Position numbers and translations under genes: made by a program. Source: Candidatus Falkowbacteria bacterium GW2011_GWF2_43_32 (GTDB lineage Bacteria; Patescibacteriota; Patescibacteriia; Patescibacteriales; UBA12465). Taken from it: a stretch of DNA of 64,000 nucleotides. The stretch lies in NCBI GenBank assembly GCA_000999715.1, contig LCGL01000001.1, forward strand, positions 195,139 through 259,138, read 5' to 3'. How positions within the stretch are numbered: position 1 is the stretch's first letter; every line of letters starts with the position of its first letter. Below the pieces are notes generated by a model. The model was not told the DNA's origin and did not search any database. It worked only from the letters and a program-made list of their open reading frames with translations. Of this stretch, positions 28,371 to 38,615 are shown piece by piece.

Positions 28371-29963
28371 TTAACGATTTTCCAACAGAAACAAGCGTTG
28401 AGCAATTTCTGCATTGCCGTGGCTGATCTGCAGGCCGGCGCGCCAAAATCGCGCCGCTTCAATCGAACGATTTTGATTATAATATAAATCACCCAAATTA
28501 AACAGGGCTTTATCGTAACCGGGATTATTCTGCAATTCGGCCAAAAATTCTTCTTCCGCCCGAACAAAATCTTCCTTACCCAAATAAATAATCCCCAAAT
28601 TATTGTGAGCCATTCTTTCCGACGGATTCAATTCCAAAGCTTGCCGATATTGTTCTTCAGCTCGCTCCAAATCATTTTCAAAATAATACATCACCCCCAG
28701 ATTGCGATGTGCCAAGGGCGAATGTGGCGCGTCGGCCACCGCTCTCTCCCAAAAAACCAGCCGATTCTTGAAATTACCGCTATGCCAAAAAGTCAGTCCG
28801 GCAAAAACCGCCAAAACGATCAGACCGATTATTTTGCTGGTCGGTTTTTTGAAATTTAAATTTTTTATCCAATCAAATTCCAACAAGACGATTAAAAATC
28901 CGACCAGAGACAGGTACAGGCGATGTTCCAAAAAATCCGGCAAATCGTTCAAGCGAATGAAAGACGGCAACAGGAACATGAAAAACCAAGCCAAACCGAA
29001 TATAGCATATCGTCCGCGACGCTGACGCGATGCAAAATAGGCCAACACCAACAAGGGGCTGATGATCAGACCGTATAACAAAGTGGAGTCAAATAAATTC
29101 GGCAAAACCGACAAGTTGGCCGGCAAAATCAATTTCCCGACGCCCACCAAAATAGCCGGCAAATTATGAACAAAACCGGTGAAAGCCGACAAATAATCAA
29201 TCGGCTCGCCGCCCAAGCTGAAATTGCGCATTAAAAACCAAATGAGAGCGACCGTGCCGGAACCGGCAACAATCAGCCAACGATCGGTTTTATTTAAGCG
29301 ACCGCGATCAATAAATAAAAAATAAAAAATTATCAAAACCGGCAAAACAATCGCATTCTCTTTGGTCAGCAAAGCGCAAAAAAAGAAAAACAAATAACCC
29401 AAATAAGAACGCAGGCGCGGTCTTTGCAAAAAAGCTAAAAAAACATTAAAGGCGGCCAAGATAAAAATCGTCAACAAAGAATCGTTGCGCCCCGGAATCC
29501 AAGCCACGGCCTGCGTCAAAACCGGATGAACCAAAAAAATCAAAGACAGGAAAAAAGACAAGCGCCGTTTGCCGGTCAAAAGTCGCAAAAAATTGAACAA
29601 GAGACCGACCGCCAAACAATGCCATAAGATATTGGACAAATGGAAAAAGAAAGGCAAAGTGCCGCCCAGCTGGAAATCCAACATGAACGATAAATTGAGC
29701 AGAGGACGGTAATAAAATTTATGAACGGAAAAAAAAGCGTCAGTCGTAAACAGCTGACCGATATTTCTCACGTCCCGCAGAATCTCCGTTTTCTCCAAAA
29801 TTAAAATGCTGTCGTCAAAATAAGTAAAATCAAAAAATAAAGTCTGACTGTACAGCAGAAAACCGAGCGCCAAAATCAAAAAATAAGGCCGCCAGGCGCT
29901 TAACCAATCAACCGGCTCATTGATTTTTCTCCGAAACATTCTGCCGAAAGAAAATCCGCTCAT
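28371..29963 (-). CDS. Polytopic membrane protein with C-terminal TPR repeats (PMT/TMTC-like glycosyltransferase-type architecture)
   Basis: 530 aa. About 10 TM helices include the FYYRPLLNLSFMLD motif. TPR repeats follow (AHRNLGVMYYFENDLERAEEQYRQALELNP...). Confidence 0.8.
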   Translation of the reverse strand: MSGFSFGRMFRRKINEPVDWLSAWRPYFLILALGFLLYSQTLFFDFTYFDDSILILEKTEILRDVRNIGQLFTTDAFFSVHKFYYRPLLNLSFMLDFQLGGTLPFFFHLSNILWHCLAVGLLFNFLRLLTGKRRLSFFLSLIFLVHPVLTQAVAWIPGRNDSLLTIFILAAFNVFLAFLQRPRLRSYLGYLFFFFCALLTKENAIVLPVLIIFYFLFIDRGRLNKTDRWLIVAGSGTVALIWFLMRNFSLGGEPIDYLSAFTGFVHNLPAILVGVGKLILPANLSVLPNLFDSTLLYGLIISPLLVLAYFASRQRRGRYAIFGLAWFFMFLLPSFIRLNDLPDFLEHRLYLSLVGFLIVLLEFDWIKNLNFKKPTSKIIGLIVLAVFAGLTFWHSGNFKNRLVFWERAVADAPHSPLAHRNLGVMYYFENDLERAEEQYRQALELNPSERMAHNNLGIIYLGKEDFVRAEEEFLAELQNNPGYDKALFNLGDLYYNQNRSIEAARFWRAGLQISHGNAEIAQRLFLLENR

Positions 29964-30022
29964 AAATAAAAATTAAATTTAAAAAATAAATTTCAAACCG
30001 TCAATCGCTCGTATTCGAGCGT

Positions 30023-30745
30023 CTATTTCAAAAAGCTCCGCCGATTAAAAAGATAACGTCCGGCCGTCGCCACGGTGCCCAAACCGTATTTCAGACTCCG
30101 CAGAAAATTAATGGAAGACGCCTCTTTAAAATAACGAACCGGCGCGGGTATTTCGCCGATGCGATAAGCGCGGGCGACTATCTGAAATAAAACTTGGCTG
30201 TCAAAAACGAAATCGTCGGAATTAACCGCCCAATTTATCTTTTCCAACACTTCTTTTTTATAACCGCGCATGCCCGTATGCCACTCCGACAAATTATAAC
30301 CGCTGACCAAATTTTCCAAAATCGTCAGCAAGCGATTGAACAAATATTTATAAAAAGGCATGCCGCCGGCCAAAGCTTCGCGACGACTGCGAATGCGCGT
30401 TCCCAGCATGACGTCAAAATAATCGTCGCCGATAAACTCCGCGAAATACTTAACCAATTTCGGATCATATTGATAATCGGGATGAATCATGACGACAATA
30501 TCCGCGCCGTGATCGAGCGCCAGGCGATAACAAGTTTTTTGATTGCCTCCATAACCTTGGTTTTTTTCATGCTCAAAAACGAACAGGCCCAAACGTCGCG
30601 CCAGGGCCGCGGTTTCGTCCTGACTCTTATCGTCCACCAAAATAATTTCGTCCACCAAAGCCGGCAAATCCCGCACCGTCCTCTCCAAAGTGCCGACGGC
30701 GTTGTAGGCCGGCAAAACAACGATGATTTTTTGATTATTATACAT
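30023..30745 (-). CDS. Family 2 glycosyltransferase (polyprenol-phosphate sugar transferase-like)
   Basis: 240 aa. Contains IIVVLPAYNAVGTLERTV and ILVDDKSQDET, plus a DxD-like region. Confidence 0.88.
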   Translation of the reverse strand: MYNNQKIIVVLPAYNAVGTLERTVRDLPALVDEIILVDDKSQDETAALARRLGLFVFEHEKNQGYGGNQKTCYRLALDHGADIVVMIHPDYQYDPKLVKYFAEFIGDDYFDVMLGTRIRSRREALAGGMPFYKYLFNRLLTILENLVSGYNLSEWHTGMRGYKKEVLEKINWAVNSDDFVFDSQVLFQIVARAYRIGEIPAPVRYFKEASSINFLRSLKYGLGTVATAGRYLFNRRSFLK

Positions 30746-30751
30746 AAAATT

Positions 30752-32749
30752 CTAGAGAATGATTCTCACGTCGGCCGCGCGCACGCCTTTCTCAAAAACA
30801 AACAAAGGATTAATATCCAACTCGGAGATTTCCGGATGTTCATTGGCCAGGCGCGCCAGTTTCACCAAGGCTGTAGCCATCGCTTGAATATCATATTTTG
30901 TCCGACCGCGCGCCCCTTGCAAAATCGGATAAATTTTCAACCGATGAATAAGCTTAACCGCTTCGGTCTGATTCAAGTCGCTGACGGCCAATTGAAAATC
31001 TTTAAAAACTTCCGCGTCAACGCCTCCCTGCCCGACCATCAGCAAAGGTCCGAAAAGCGCATCGCGCTTAAAGCCCAAAATTATTTCCCGGGCTGACTTG
31101 ACTTGCTCTTGTACCACCAAATAATTGGCCGGATTTTTCAAAGCGCGCTTATTTTTTTTCAGTAAAGCAACGGCGGCCCGGCGCAAATCCGCCGGCGTTT
31201 TCAAATCGGTAATCACCCCGCCCCGATCGGTCTTATGCAAAAAATCCGGACCGCTGATTTTCAGTACCGTCGGATATCGGTAAGCGGACAAATGGCGATG
31301 ATTATAAGCCTCGGTTTTGACAATCGGCAAGCCGTATTTTTTCAGCACGGACAAAGAAGCGAGATAATCGGCCGATTTTATCGGCCGCTTGACCAAGGGG
31401 CGGGCGGCGACGAGCGGCGTTTGATACGGACGCAAGCTTTTCATTTTTTCTTGATAAGCGACCAATTTTTTAAAACTGCGAATGGCTTCTTCCGGATAAG
31501 CGAAGGTCGGCACACCGTTCTTGGCCAACAATTTTTCGGCCGACACTAAAGATTGACCGCCCACGAAGCTGGCCATAATTAATTTGCGCGGATACCTCCG
31601 AGCGGCGACCACAAGAGCGCGCGCGGTGGCCAGGGGTTCGGTGGAAGTTTGCGGCGTCAATAACACCAATAAATTATTGACTTTTTTATCGGCTAAAGTT
31701 TTATCGATTGCCTGCCGATAACGTTTGGCGTCGGCATCTCCCAGAATATCTTGATGACTGCCCAGGGTCAAGCCGCAACGGCTTATTTCGTCCACGCTTA
31801 AAACCCCCAGACCGCCGGCATTGGTAATAATGTGCAGCTCTCGGGAATTTTTGTCATGCCAAGATTCTTTTTTAAACAACAATAAAAGATTGAACAGTTC
31901 GGCCATATTTTCCAAACCGATCGCGCCGGCACGTTCCAAACCGGTCGCGACCGCCGCGGCCGAACCGACCAAAGAGCCGGTATGCGATAACGCCAAGCGC
32001 CGACCGGCAACGCTCTTACCGGCCGTCAAAATGGCCACCGGCTTACGTTTGGCCAACCGAGAAATCAGGCTCATTAATTTTTGTCCGTCCTTAATCTCTT
32101 CCAAATAAGCGATAATCAAGGCGATTTTCTTATCGGTCGCCAAATATTCCAAAATTTTATTTTCATCCAAAGAAACTTTATTGCCCAAACTGATAAAGTA
32201 GCCGAAATTAAAATCTTTAGCGCGCAGCCAGTCCAAAGCGGCCGCACCGACGGCACCCGATTGAGACAAAAGCGCGCTTTGGCCGACCGCTCGATCGGCG
32301 GCGGCAAAAGTGGCGTTCAGACCCTGCCAAGTATTGATCATTCCCAGACAATTCGGACCGAGAATATTCAAGCGGTACCGAGCGGCCAAGCGGGCGATCG
32401 CTTCTTCTCTTTTTTTGCCCGCCACGCCGCTTTCTTTAAAACCGGCGGCGATAATAATGATATTTTTAATTCCGCCGCGAGCGCATTTTTCAACTTCCGC
32501 CGGCACCAAAGGCGCCGGAATGGCGATGATTACCAACAAGGCGGCTCGCCCGCCTTTCGGCAAATCGGTCAAAGAACGATAGGCCGGCCGGCCGGCGATT
32601 TTCTTGGCGGTCAAATTAATCGGAAAAATTTTACCCTTAAAACCGCCCCGGATGATATTATCAAAAATTTGCCGACCGAGTTTCGCCGGATTATCGGAGG
32701 CACCGACCACCGCCACGGCGCGCGGATTGAAAAAATAATTCAAAGACAT
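30752..32749 (-). CDS. acd: Acetate--CoA ligase (ADP-forming), fused alpha/beta form
   Basis: 665 aa. Contains the CoA-binding N-terminus FFNPRAVAVVGASDNPAKLGRQIF, GPNCLG, and a C-terminal ATP-grasp_5-like region. Confidence 0.88.
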   Translation of the reverse strand: MSLNYFFNPRAVAVVGASDNPAKLGRQIFDNIIRGGFKGKIFPINLTAKKIAGRPAYRSLTDLPKGGRAALLVIIAIPAPLVPAEVEKCARGGIKNIIIIAAGFKESGVAGKKREEAIARLAARYRLNILGPNCLGMINTWQGLNATFAAADRAVGQSALLSQSGAVGAAALDWLRAKDFNFGYFISLGNKVSLDENKILEYLATDKKIALIIAYLEEIKDGQKLMSLISRLAKRKPVAILTAGKSVAGRRLALSHTGSLVGSAAAVATGLERAGAIGLENMAELFNLLLLFKKESWHDKNSRELHIITNAGGLGVLSVDEISRCGLTLGSHQDILGDADAKRYRQAIDKTLADKKVNNLLVLLTPQTSTEPLATARALVVAARRYPRKLIMASFVGGQSLVSAEKLLAKNGVPTFAYPEEAIRSFKKLVAYQEKMKSLRPYQTPLVAARPLVKRPIKSADYLASLSVLKKYGLPIVKTEAYNHRHLSAYRYPTVLKISGPDFLHKTDRGGVITDLKTPADLRRAAVALLKKNKRALKNPANYLVVQEQVKSAREIILGFKRDALFGPLLMVGQGGVDAEVFKDFQLAVSDLNQTEAVKLIHRLKIYPILQGARGRTKYDIQAMATALVKLARLANEHPEISELDINPLFVFEKGVRAADVRIIL

Positions 32750-32755
32750 AAAAAA

Positions 32756-32935
32756 TCAAATTATAAAAATTAAACCCACTATCAACCAAGCGAGCAAAAG
32801 ATAGTTTAAATTGAAATAAACCAAAACGATATTGGGCCAAAATATTTCCAAAATGACAAGCGCGGCCAATAAAATCGAAAAGAAATAAAAAATTTCTCTA
32901 AAAATTATTTTATTTTTGCCTTTTGTCTTAATCAT
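32756..32935 (-). CDS. Small two-helix membrane protein (hypothetical)
   Basis: The track ORF is 32756..32983. I trimmed the start to the Met at 32935 to remove overlap with the upstream gene. The product is MIKTKGKNKIIFREIFYFFSILLAALVILEIFWPNIVLVYF... Confidence 0.4.
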   Translation of the reverse strand: MIKTKGKNKIIFREIFYFFSILLAALVILEIFWPNIVLVYFNLNYLLLAWLIVGLIFII

Positions 32936-32951
32936 AAAAAATAAAAAAACC

Positions 32952-34538
32952 TCATTTTTTAAACCATTCGCCCAGCTTGTCAAAAACGGTTTTGCCGACC
33001 AACGTCACCCTAATTTCCTTGATTTCCAAATAATCATCAGCTCCGTCCGACGCCTTCAGCCCCGGCACGGAAAACATGAAAGTATATTTATCATTTTCCC
33101 GATAAGTTTCTCGCAAATCAAAAGTCGCCTGCGCGGTTTTAATTCCCTCTGTGACAAGCGGGCGCTCGTAAGAAGCGATGATATATTTAACGCCGTCTCC
33201 GGGCGTAAACCGGTGATCCATTTTCCTAAAATCCGGATTGAACAACGCGGCGCGAGAAAAACTGAAAACGCCCCGACCGGATAAAATGACATCATCAATC
33301 GGTAATTTTATTTCTTTGACGCCGGCGGCACCGACAACGCCAAACGATTCATGGGTTTTATCCAAAATAATTTCTTGTTCGCCGAAATGCAGACTCCCCA
33401 AGCTGGCCGGACTGAAAGTTTTCGCTTCCAGATATGCGCTGTCGGTGAACAAAACCAATCCTCCCCGACCGGAAACCGGCCACACTTTATCGATAAAAGA
33501 TATTTTATCCGAAGAACTGTTAATTTTGGCGATAACGATATCCGGGCTAACCTTGACCTCCACGCGATAAACTCCGGAAACGGCGTCTCCCTGAACGGAC
33601 AGCTCTTTATTTTCCGTTTGACCGCTATCCGGAGACAAGTTTTCATCAAACAAAAATTGCGTAGCAACCAATTCCTCGCCGGACCAGACTTGAACCGTAA
33701 TCGGATCGGCCGCTTTATCCTGATTAAGGTCGACAAAATCAAAACCCAAACGCCAGGGACCGTTGAAATAAACATAAAACTGATGCGCGCCGCGCAAAGG
33801 TTGATCAATCACCGCGGGAAACAACAACTGATAATCCGGCCGACGGTAATCGAGAGCTTGAGTATAATTATATAAAGCGACGCAAGCCCTAACTTCGCCC
33901 GGCAAACAATCCGGCAATTGTCCGGAATTTAAATCGCGTTCAAATTCTTCAGGAGAAGAATAATTTCTAACGGCCTGCAAAATCAATCTGTTCTCCGTAT
34001 CCTCCAAGCGCGGCCAAGAAAAGCGCAGCTCATCCAAAATATCATTTTGAATCGGTCGCATTTCGTGACTATCGGATAATTTATCCTGTAATACTCCCAG
34101 CTCAATCAACGGCGAATTTTCTCCCAACCGTTCGCGATATTTGACCGTCACCGTCGCGGTATCAAAACGGCGCGGCGTAAACAAAGAAAAATAAACTTGG
34201 TCGGCGGTTACTTTCAGACCGGCTTTATCTTTCCCGCTAAGACCATTTTCCGCGACAATCAGCCGTTCCGCCGGCTTAAAATCATAAATAAACCCCTTCC
34301 CCGAAGCCAAACCGCGCGGCCAAGCTCGAGAATAAGTAATCCGACCGAAAGGCACGATTTTAAAATACAAAAAAAGACCGATAATCATTACTAAAATCAG
34401 CCCTAAAAATAAGCGCCACTTAAATAACGGATTATCGCTCCGCGTTGTTTGCGCTCGCTCGGAAGAGTGAATTAAGTCACCCTTCTTTCGCTCACTTGAT
34501 AATAAAAATGGCCATTTTGTCAAAAACGGTTTAAACAT
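32952..34538 (-). CDS. N-terminally anchored extracytoplasmic protein, function unknown
   Basis: 528 aa. One TM helix (WRLFLGLILVMIIGLFLYF) is followed by a beta-rich soluble region. It is the first gene after the rpoC terminator in the acd / GT2 / TPR / murJ operon. Confidence 0.75.
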   Translation of the reverse strand: MFKPFLTKWPFLLSSERKKGDLIHSSERAQTTRSDNPLFKWRLFLGLILVMIIGLFLYFKIVPFGRITYSRAWPRGLASGKGFIYDFKPAERLIVAENGLSGKDKAGLKVTADQVYFSLFTPRRFDTATVTVKYRERLGENSPLIELGVLQDKLSDSHEMRPIQNDILDELRFSWPRLEDTENRLILQAVRNYSSPEEFERDLNSGQLPDCLPGEVRACVALYNYTQALDYRRPDYQLLFPAVIDQPLRGAHQFYVYFNGPWRLGFDFVDLNQDKAADPITVQVWSGEELVATQFLFDENLSPDSGQTENKELSVQGDAVSGVYRVEVKVSPDIVIAKINSSSDKISFIDKVWPVSGRGGLVLFTDSAYLEAKTFSPASLGSLHFGEQEIILDKTHESFGVVGAAGVKEIKLPIDDVILSGRGVFSFSRAALFNPDFRKMDHRFTPGDGVKYIIASYERPLVTEGIKTAQATFDLRETYRENDKYTFMFSVPGLKASDGADDYLEIKEIRVTLVGKTVFDKLGEWFKK

Positions 34539-34572
34539 ATGTTCCTCTATATTTTACTTCATTATGAACAAT

Positions 34573-34600
34573 AAAAAAAGTCCCTTCTCGGGACTTTTTT
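34573..34600. terminator. Bidirectional intrinsic terminator downstream of rpoC
   Basis: AAAAAAAGTCCC-TTCTC-GGGACTTTTTT: a GC-containing stem flanked by an A-run and a T-run, 23 nt past the rpoC stop. Confidence 0.6.
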
Positions 34601-34622
34601 ATTATTTAAAACTGGTCATCTT

Positions 34623-37600
34623 TTATTTCCCGTAATCCTCTCTTTTCTTCTTGCCCTTATAACCCGTGCCGGCCGGAATCAAACAACCGATAATAACATT
34701 TTCTTTCAAGCCTTCCAAATAATCAATCTTGCCGTTCACCGCGGCATCAATCAGAACGCGCGAAGTTTCTTGGAAAGAAGCGGCGGACAAGAAGCTGTCG
34801 GTCGTCAAAGAGGCTTTGGTGATACCCAACAATAAGCGCTCTCCTTGAGCCGGCTTTTTGATCGTGAGATTGGCGGCGCCCAAAACTTCTTCTTCCACCG
34901 TTTCACCCGGCAACAAGTTGGAATCGCCGGCTTCTTTGATCAAATAGCGAGAGAACATCTGACGAGCGATAATTTCCACATGCTTATCGTTCAAAGGCTG
35001 GCCCTGAGAAGAATAAACGTATTGAATCTCTTTGATAATATATTTCTGCGTTTCCAAACGGCCTTTTAGCTTATACAATTCGCGCAAATCAAGACTACCC
35101 TCGGTCAATTGCTGACCGCGTTCAATGGAGTCACCGTCTTTAACCATCATCATCGTCCCTTTCAAAATAGAAAATTCCTTGACCTTGTCCACTTCCTTGG
35201 CGATGGAAATATATTTATCCGTAATCGCCACGGCGCCGCCGGTTTTTGCCCGAACAATTTCCGCGCCCACTTTGAATAAATCGGTATTTTTGGAAACTTC
35301 CTCTCCGGCCTTGACCAATACTTTCACTTCCAATTTCTTGGTATCTTTGGCCGTCAATCCGCCGGCCAATTTCAGTTCATTGATTTTTTCGGAAAAATAA
35401 TATTTATCATGATCCTGACCTTTATAAAAAATGCTCAAAATCTTGGTTTGCGGGTTGCTGACCAAAATATCGTTGCCGTCTTGATCCTTGATGGTTTTCT
35501 GAGCGAATTCGATTTTAACCTTGCCGGCCACGTCGGAAATAAGCGCTTTTTTCTTCGGACTGCGCGCTTCAAAAATTTCTTCCACGCGCGGCAAACCCTG
35601 AGTAATATCATCCTGTCCGGCCACACCGCCGGTATGGAAAGTTCTCATGGTCAGCTGTGTGCCCGGTTCGCCGATGGATTGCGCGGCGATAATGCCGACG
35701 GTAGAACCCATTTTAACCGGCTTATTGTACGCCAAATCCCAACCGTAACATTTGGCGCAAACGCCTTTATGCAAATGACAGCTTAAAACCGAGCGGATGC
35801 AGACATCGGAAACGTCTTTGCTTTTCAACAAACTGATATTTTCTTCATCCAACAATTCGCCGGCCGACAAAGCCACCTTGCCTTTGGCGTCCAAAACATC
35901 TTTGGCCAAATAGCGTCCGATTAAACGTTTGAAAAAATCTTCGCCGCTCTTTTCGATTTCGGCCCGATTCAGGCTTAATCCTTCCGTATCGCCGCAATCG
36001 TCTTCGGAAATAATCACGTCTTGAGAAACGTCAACCAAACGACGAGTCAAATAACCGGCATTAGCCGTTCTTAAAGCCGTATCGGACAAACCTTTACGCA
36101 CGCCGTGCGTGGAAATAAAATATTCCAAAACGCCGAAGCCTTCTTTAAAATTTCCTTTCACCGGCAATTCGATAATCGCGCCGGAAGGCGAAGTTACCAA
36201 ACCTTTCATGCCCAAAATCTGCACCGGTTGCGCCCAGGAACCGCGCGCGCCGGAATCAATCATGGAATAAACCGGCAAAATATCGGTTAAACCTTGGCGG
36301 CAAAAATCCGCAATCTTGTCTTTGGTGTTGGTCCATTCTTCAATCACTTTGGCGTAGCGTTCGCTTTCGGTCAACAGGCCTTCATTATACTGTTCGCGGA
36401 AAAGCTCAACTTTTTTATTAGCCTCGTCAATCAAGCGATCTTTATCCGGCAAATTCGGCAAGTCGCCGAAGCCCCAAGACAAGCCCGATTTCGTAATAAA
36501 AGCGAAACTGTGATTTTTCAAGCCGTCAATGAATTTAACGGTCTCTTCTTCGCCATAAATCCGCAAGCAATCTTTAATCAGCTCTTTCAATTTTCCCTTG
36601 CCGACCACTTCATTGAGATAACGCAATTTTTCCGGCAATAAAGAATTGAAAATCAAACGACCGATGGTCGTCTTCAACATGGCGCCGTTATATTTCACCC
36701 GGATAGCCTCGTGAAGTTTGATGTAGCCGCTTTCATAAGCCAAACGCGCTTCGTCTTCGTCATAGAAATAACGCATTTCTTCCGGCTTTTTGTCTTCATG
36801 ATCCTTTTCTATCAAAGTAATGTAATAAGTTCCCCAAACGATATCTTGCGCCGGAGCGACAATCGGGTCGCCGGTCGCCGGTTTCAATAAATTATGGGTG
36901 GACAGCATCAGCGTTTCCGCTTCGTGCCGCGCTTCCTTGGTCAAGGGGACGTGAACGGCCATTTGATCGCCGTCAAAGTCGGCATTGAAAGCCGTACAAA
37001 CCAAAGGATGAATCTGGATCGCCTTGCCTTCTATCAGAATCGGTTGAAAAGCTTGGATGCCTAAACGATGCAAAGTCGGCGCACGATTCAACAGAACATA
37101 AGATCCTTTCACCACTTCTTCCAAGATATCCCAGACTTCGTCATGACCGGCTTCAATATAGCGTGAAGCACTGCGAACATTATGAACTATTTCCCGCTTG
37201 ATCAATTGAGAAACGATAAAGGGCTTAAACAATTCCAAGGCCATGATTTTGGGCAAACCGCACTGGCCCAAATCCAATTTCGGATTAACCACGATAACCG
37301 AGCGTCCGGAATAATCAACACGCTTACCCAATAAATTTTGACGAAAACGTCCTTGCTTCCCTTTCAAGGTATCGGCCAAAGATTTTAATTGTCGTTTTTG
37401 ACCGGTGGAAGCCGTCACAGTTTTTGTGTGACGGGCGCTATTGTCGATTAAAGCGTCAACCGCTTCTTGAAGCATTCTTTTTTCATTGCGACAAATGACT
37501 TCCGGCGCATTCAAATCCACCAATTGTTTCAAACGATTATTGCGATTGATGATTCGACGATATAAATCGTTCAAATCGGAGGCGGCAAAACGACCGCCGT

Positions 37601-38564
37601 CCAAGGCGACCATCGGACGCAAATCCGGCGGCACGACGGGCATCACGGTCATAATCATCCATTCCGGACGAATGTCGTTATTGCGAAAACTTTTTAATAA
37701 TTTCAAACGCTTCACCAATCTTTCTTTTTTGGAATCGATGGCGGAGCTTAATTTTTCTTCTAAAATTTTAATACTGCCATTCAAATCTATTTTGGCGAGC
37801 AAGGTGCGGATGGCTTCGGCGCCGATGGAAGCTTCAAAAATATGACCGAACTTCAAGCTCAAATTTTGATACTGCTGTTCCGACAAAATCAAAAGCGGCT
37901 TCAATTCTTTCAGTTCTTTCTGCACCTGTCCGAAATCTTCTTCCAAGCGCGCCAATCTTTCCGCTTTGGTTTTGGCGAATTCTTTGCTTTCCCGACCGCC
38001 CTCTTGAGCGCCCTCCGAACTGCCGGCTTTAGTTTTCAAATTCTTCAACTGGTTATTATAATCGTTATCGATGTTTTTAATCTTGGATTTATATTCCTGC
38101 TTGACCTGTTCCAAAGTGGATTCTTTCAAAGCTTCATCGACATCGGTGATGATAAAGCTGGCATAATAAATAACCTTTTCCAAGGATTGAATGCCCAAAT
38201 TCAGCAACAAACCGATTTTGGAAGACAAGCCGCGCAAAAACCAAATATGAGAAACCGGCACTTGCAAAGAAATGTGCCCCAAACGTTCGCGACGCACGAC
38301 ACTGCGCGTCACTTCCACGCCGCACTTGTCGCAAACGATGCCCTTATAACGGATTTTTTTATATTTACCGCAAGCGCATTCCCAATCCTTGGTCGGACCG
38401 AAAATCTTTTCGCAAAACAAGCCGTCTTTTTCCGGCTTCTGCGTGCGATAATTAATCGTCTCCGGACGGGTAATTTCCCCGTGCGACCAATTTAAAATTT
38501 CTTCGGGACTGGCGAGCTTCAGGCGAATGGCCGCAAAATCGCTGGTTTTTATCGGATTTAACAT
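34623..38564 (-). CDS. rpoC: DNA-directed RNA polymerase subunit beta'
   Basis: 1313 aa. Contains the zinc-binding [20 protein letters not shown] and the catalytic [12 protein letters not shown]. Confidence 0.98.
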   Translation of the reverse strand: MLNPIKTSDFAAIRLKLASPEEILNWSHGEITRPETINYRTQKPEKDGLFCEKIFGPTKDWECACGKYKKIRYKGIVCDKCGVEVTRSVVRRERLGHISLQVPVSHIWFLRGLSSKIGLLLNLGIQSLEKVIYYASFIITDVDEALKESTLEQVKQEYKSKIKNIDNDYNNQLKNLKTKAGSSEGAQEGGRESKEFAKTKAERLARLEEDFGQVQKELKELKPLLILSEQQYQNLSLKFGHIFEASIGAEAIRTLLAKIDLNGSIKILEEKLSSAIDSKKERLVKRLKLLKSFRNNDIRPEWMIMTVMPVVPPDLRPMVALDGGRFAASDLNDLYRRIINRNNRLKQLVDLNAPEVICRNEKRMLQEAVDALIDNSARHTKTVTASTGQKRQLKSLADTLKGKQGRFRQNLLGKRVDYSGRSVIVVNPKLDLGQCGLPKIMALELFKPFIVSQLIKREIVHNVRSASRYIEAGHDEVWDILEEVVKGSYVLLNRAPTLHRLGIQAFQPILIEGKAIQIHPLVCTAFNADFDGDQMAVHVPLTKEARHEAETLMLSTHNLLKPATGDPIVAPAQDIVWGTYYITLIEKDHEDKKPEEMRYFYDEDEARLAYESGYIKLHEAIRVKYNGAMLKTTIGRLIFNSLLPEKLRYLNEVVGKGKLKELIKDCLRIYGEEETVKFIDGLKNHSFAFITKSGLSWGFGDLPNLPDKDRLIDEANKKVELFREQYNEGLLTESERYAKVIEEWTNTKDKIADFCRQGLTDILPVYSMIDSGARGSWAQPVQILGMKGLVTSPSGAIIELPVKGNFKEGFGVLEYFISTHGVRKGLSDTALRTANAGYLTRRLVDVSQDVIISEDDCGDTEGLSLNRAEIEKSGEDFFKRLIGRYLAKDVLDAKGKVALSAGELLDEENISLLKSKDVSDVCIRSVLSCHLHKGVCAKCYGWDLAYNKPVKMGSTVGIIAAQSIGEPGTQLTMRTFHTGGVAGQDDITQGLPRVEEIFEARSPKKKALISDVAGKVKIEFAQKTIKDQDGNDILVSNPQTKILSIFYKGQDHDKYYFSEKINELKLAGGLTAKDTKKLEVKVLVKAGEEVSKNTDLFKVGAEIVRAKTGGAVAITDKYISIAKEVDKVKEFSILKGTMMMVKDGDSIERGQQLTEGSLDLRELYKLKGRLETQKYIIKEIQYVYSSQGQPLNDKHVEIIARQMFSRYLIKEAGDSNLLPGETVEEEVLGAANLTIKKPAQGERLLLGITKASLTTDSFLSAASFQETSRVLIDAAVNGKIDYLEGLKENVIIGCLIPAGTGYKGKKKREDYGK

Positions 38565-38615
38565 ATATTAATTCAAGTTAGAACTAAAATTCTATTTTTT
38601 AACAATGTCTCCCGC

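Noticed and set aside
28348-28446. The 33-codon N-terminal extension of the murJ ORF in the track (MARRPADQPRQCRNCSTLVSVGK...).
   Set aside because: It overlaps the 3' end of the upstream TPR gene and is not MurJ-like. The internal Met at 28347 gives the canonical MurJ N-terminus.
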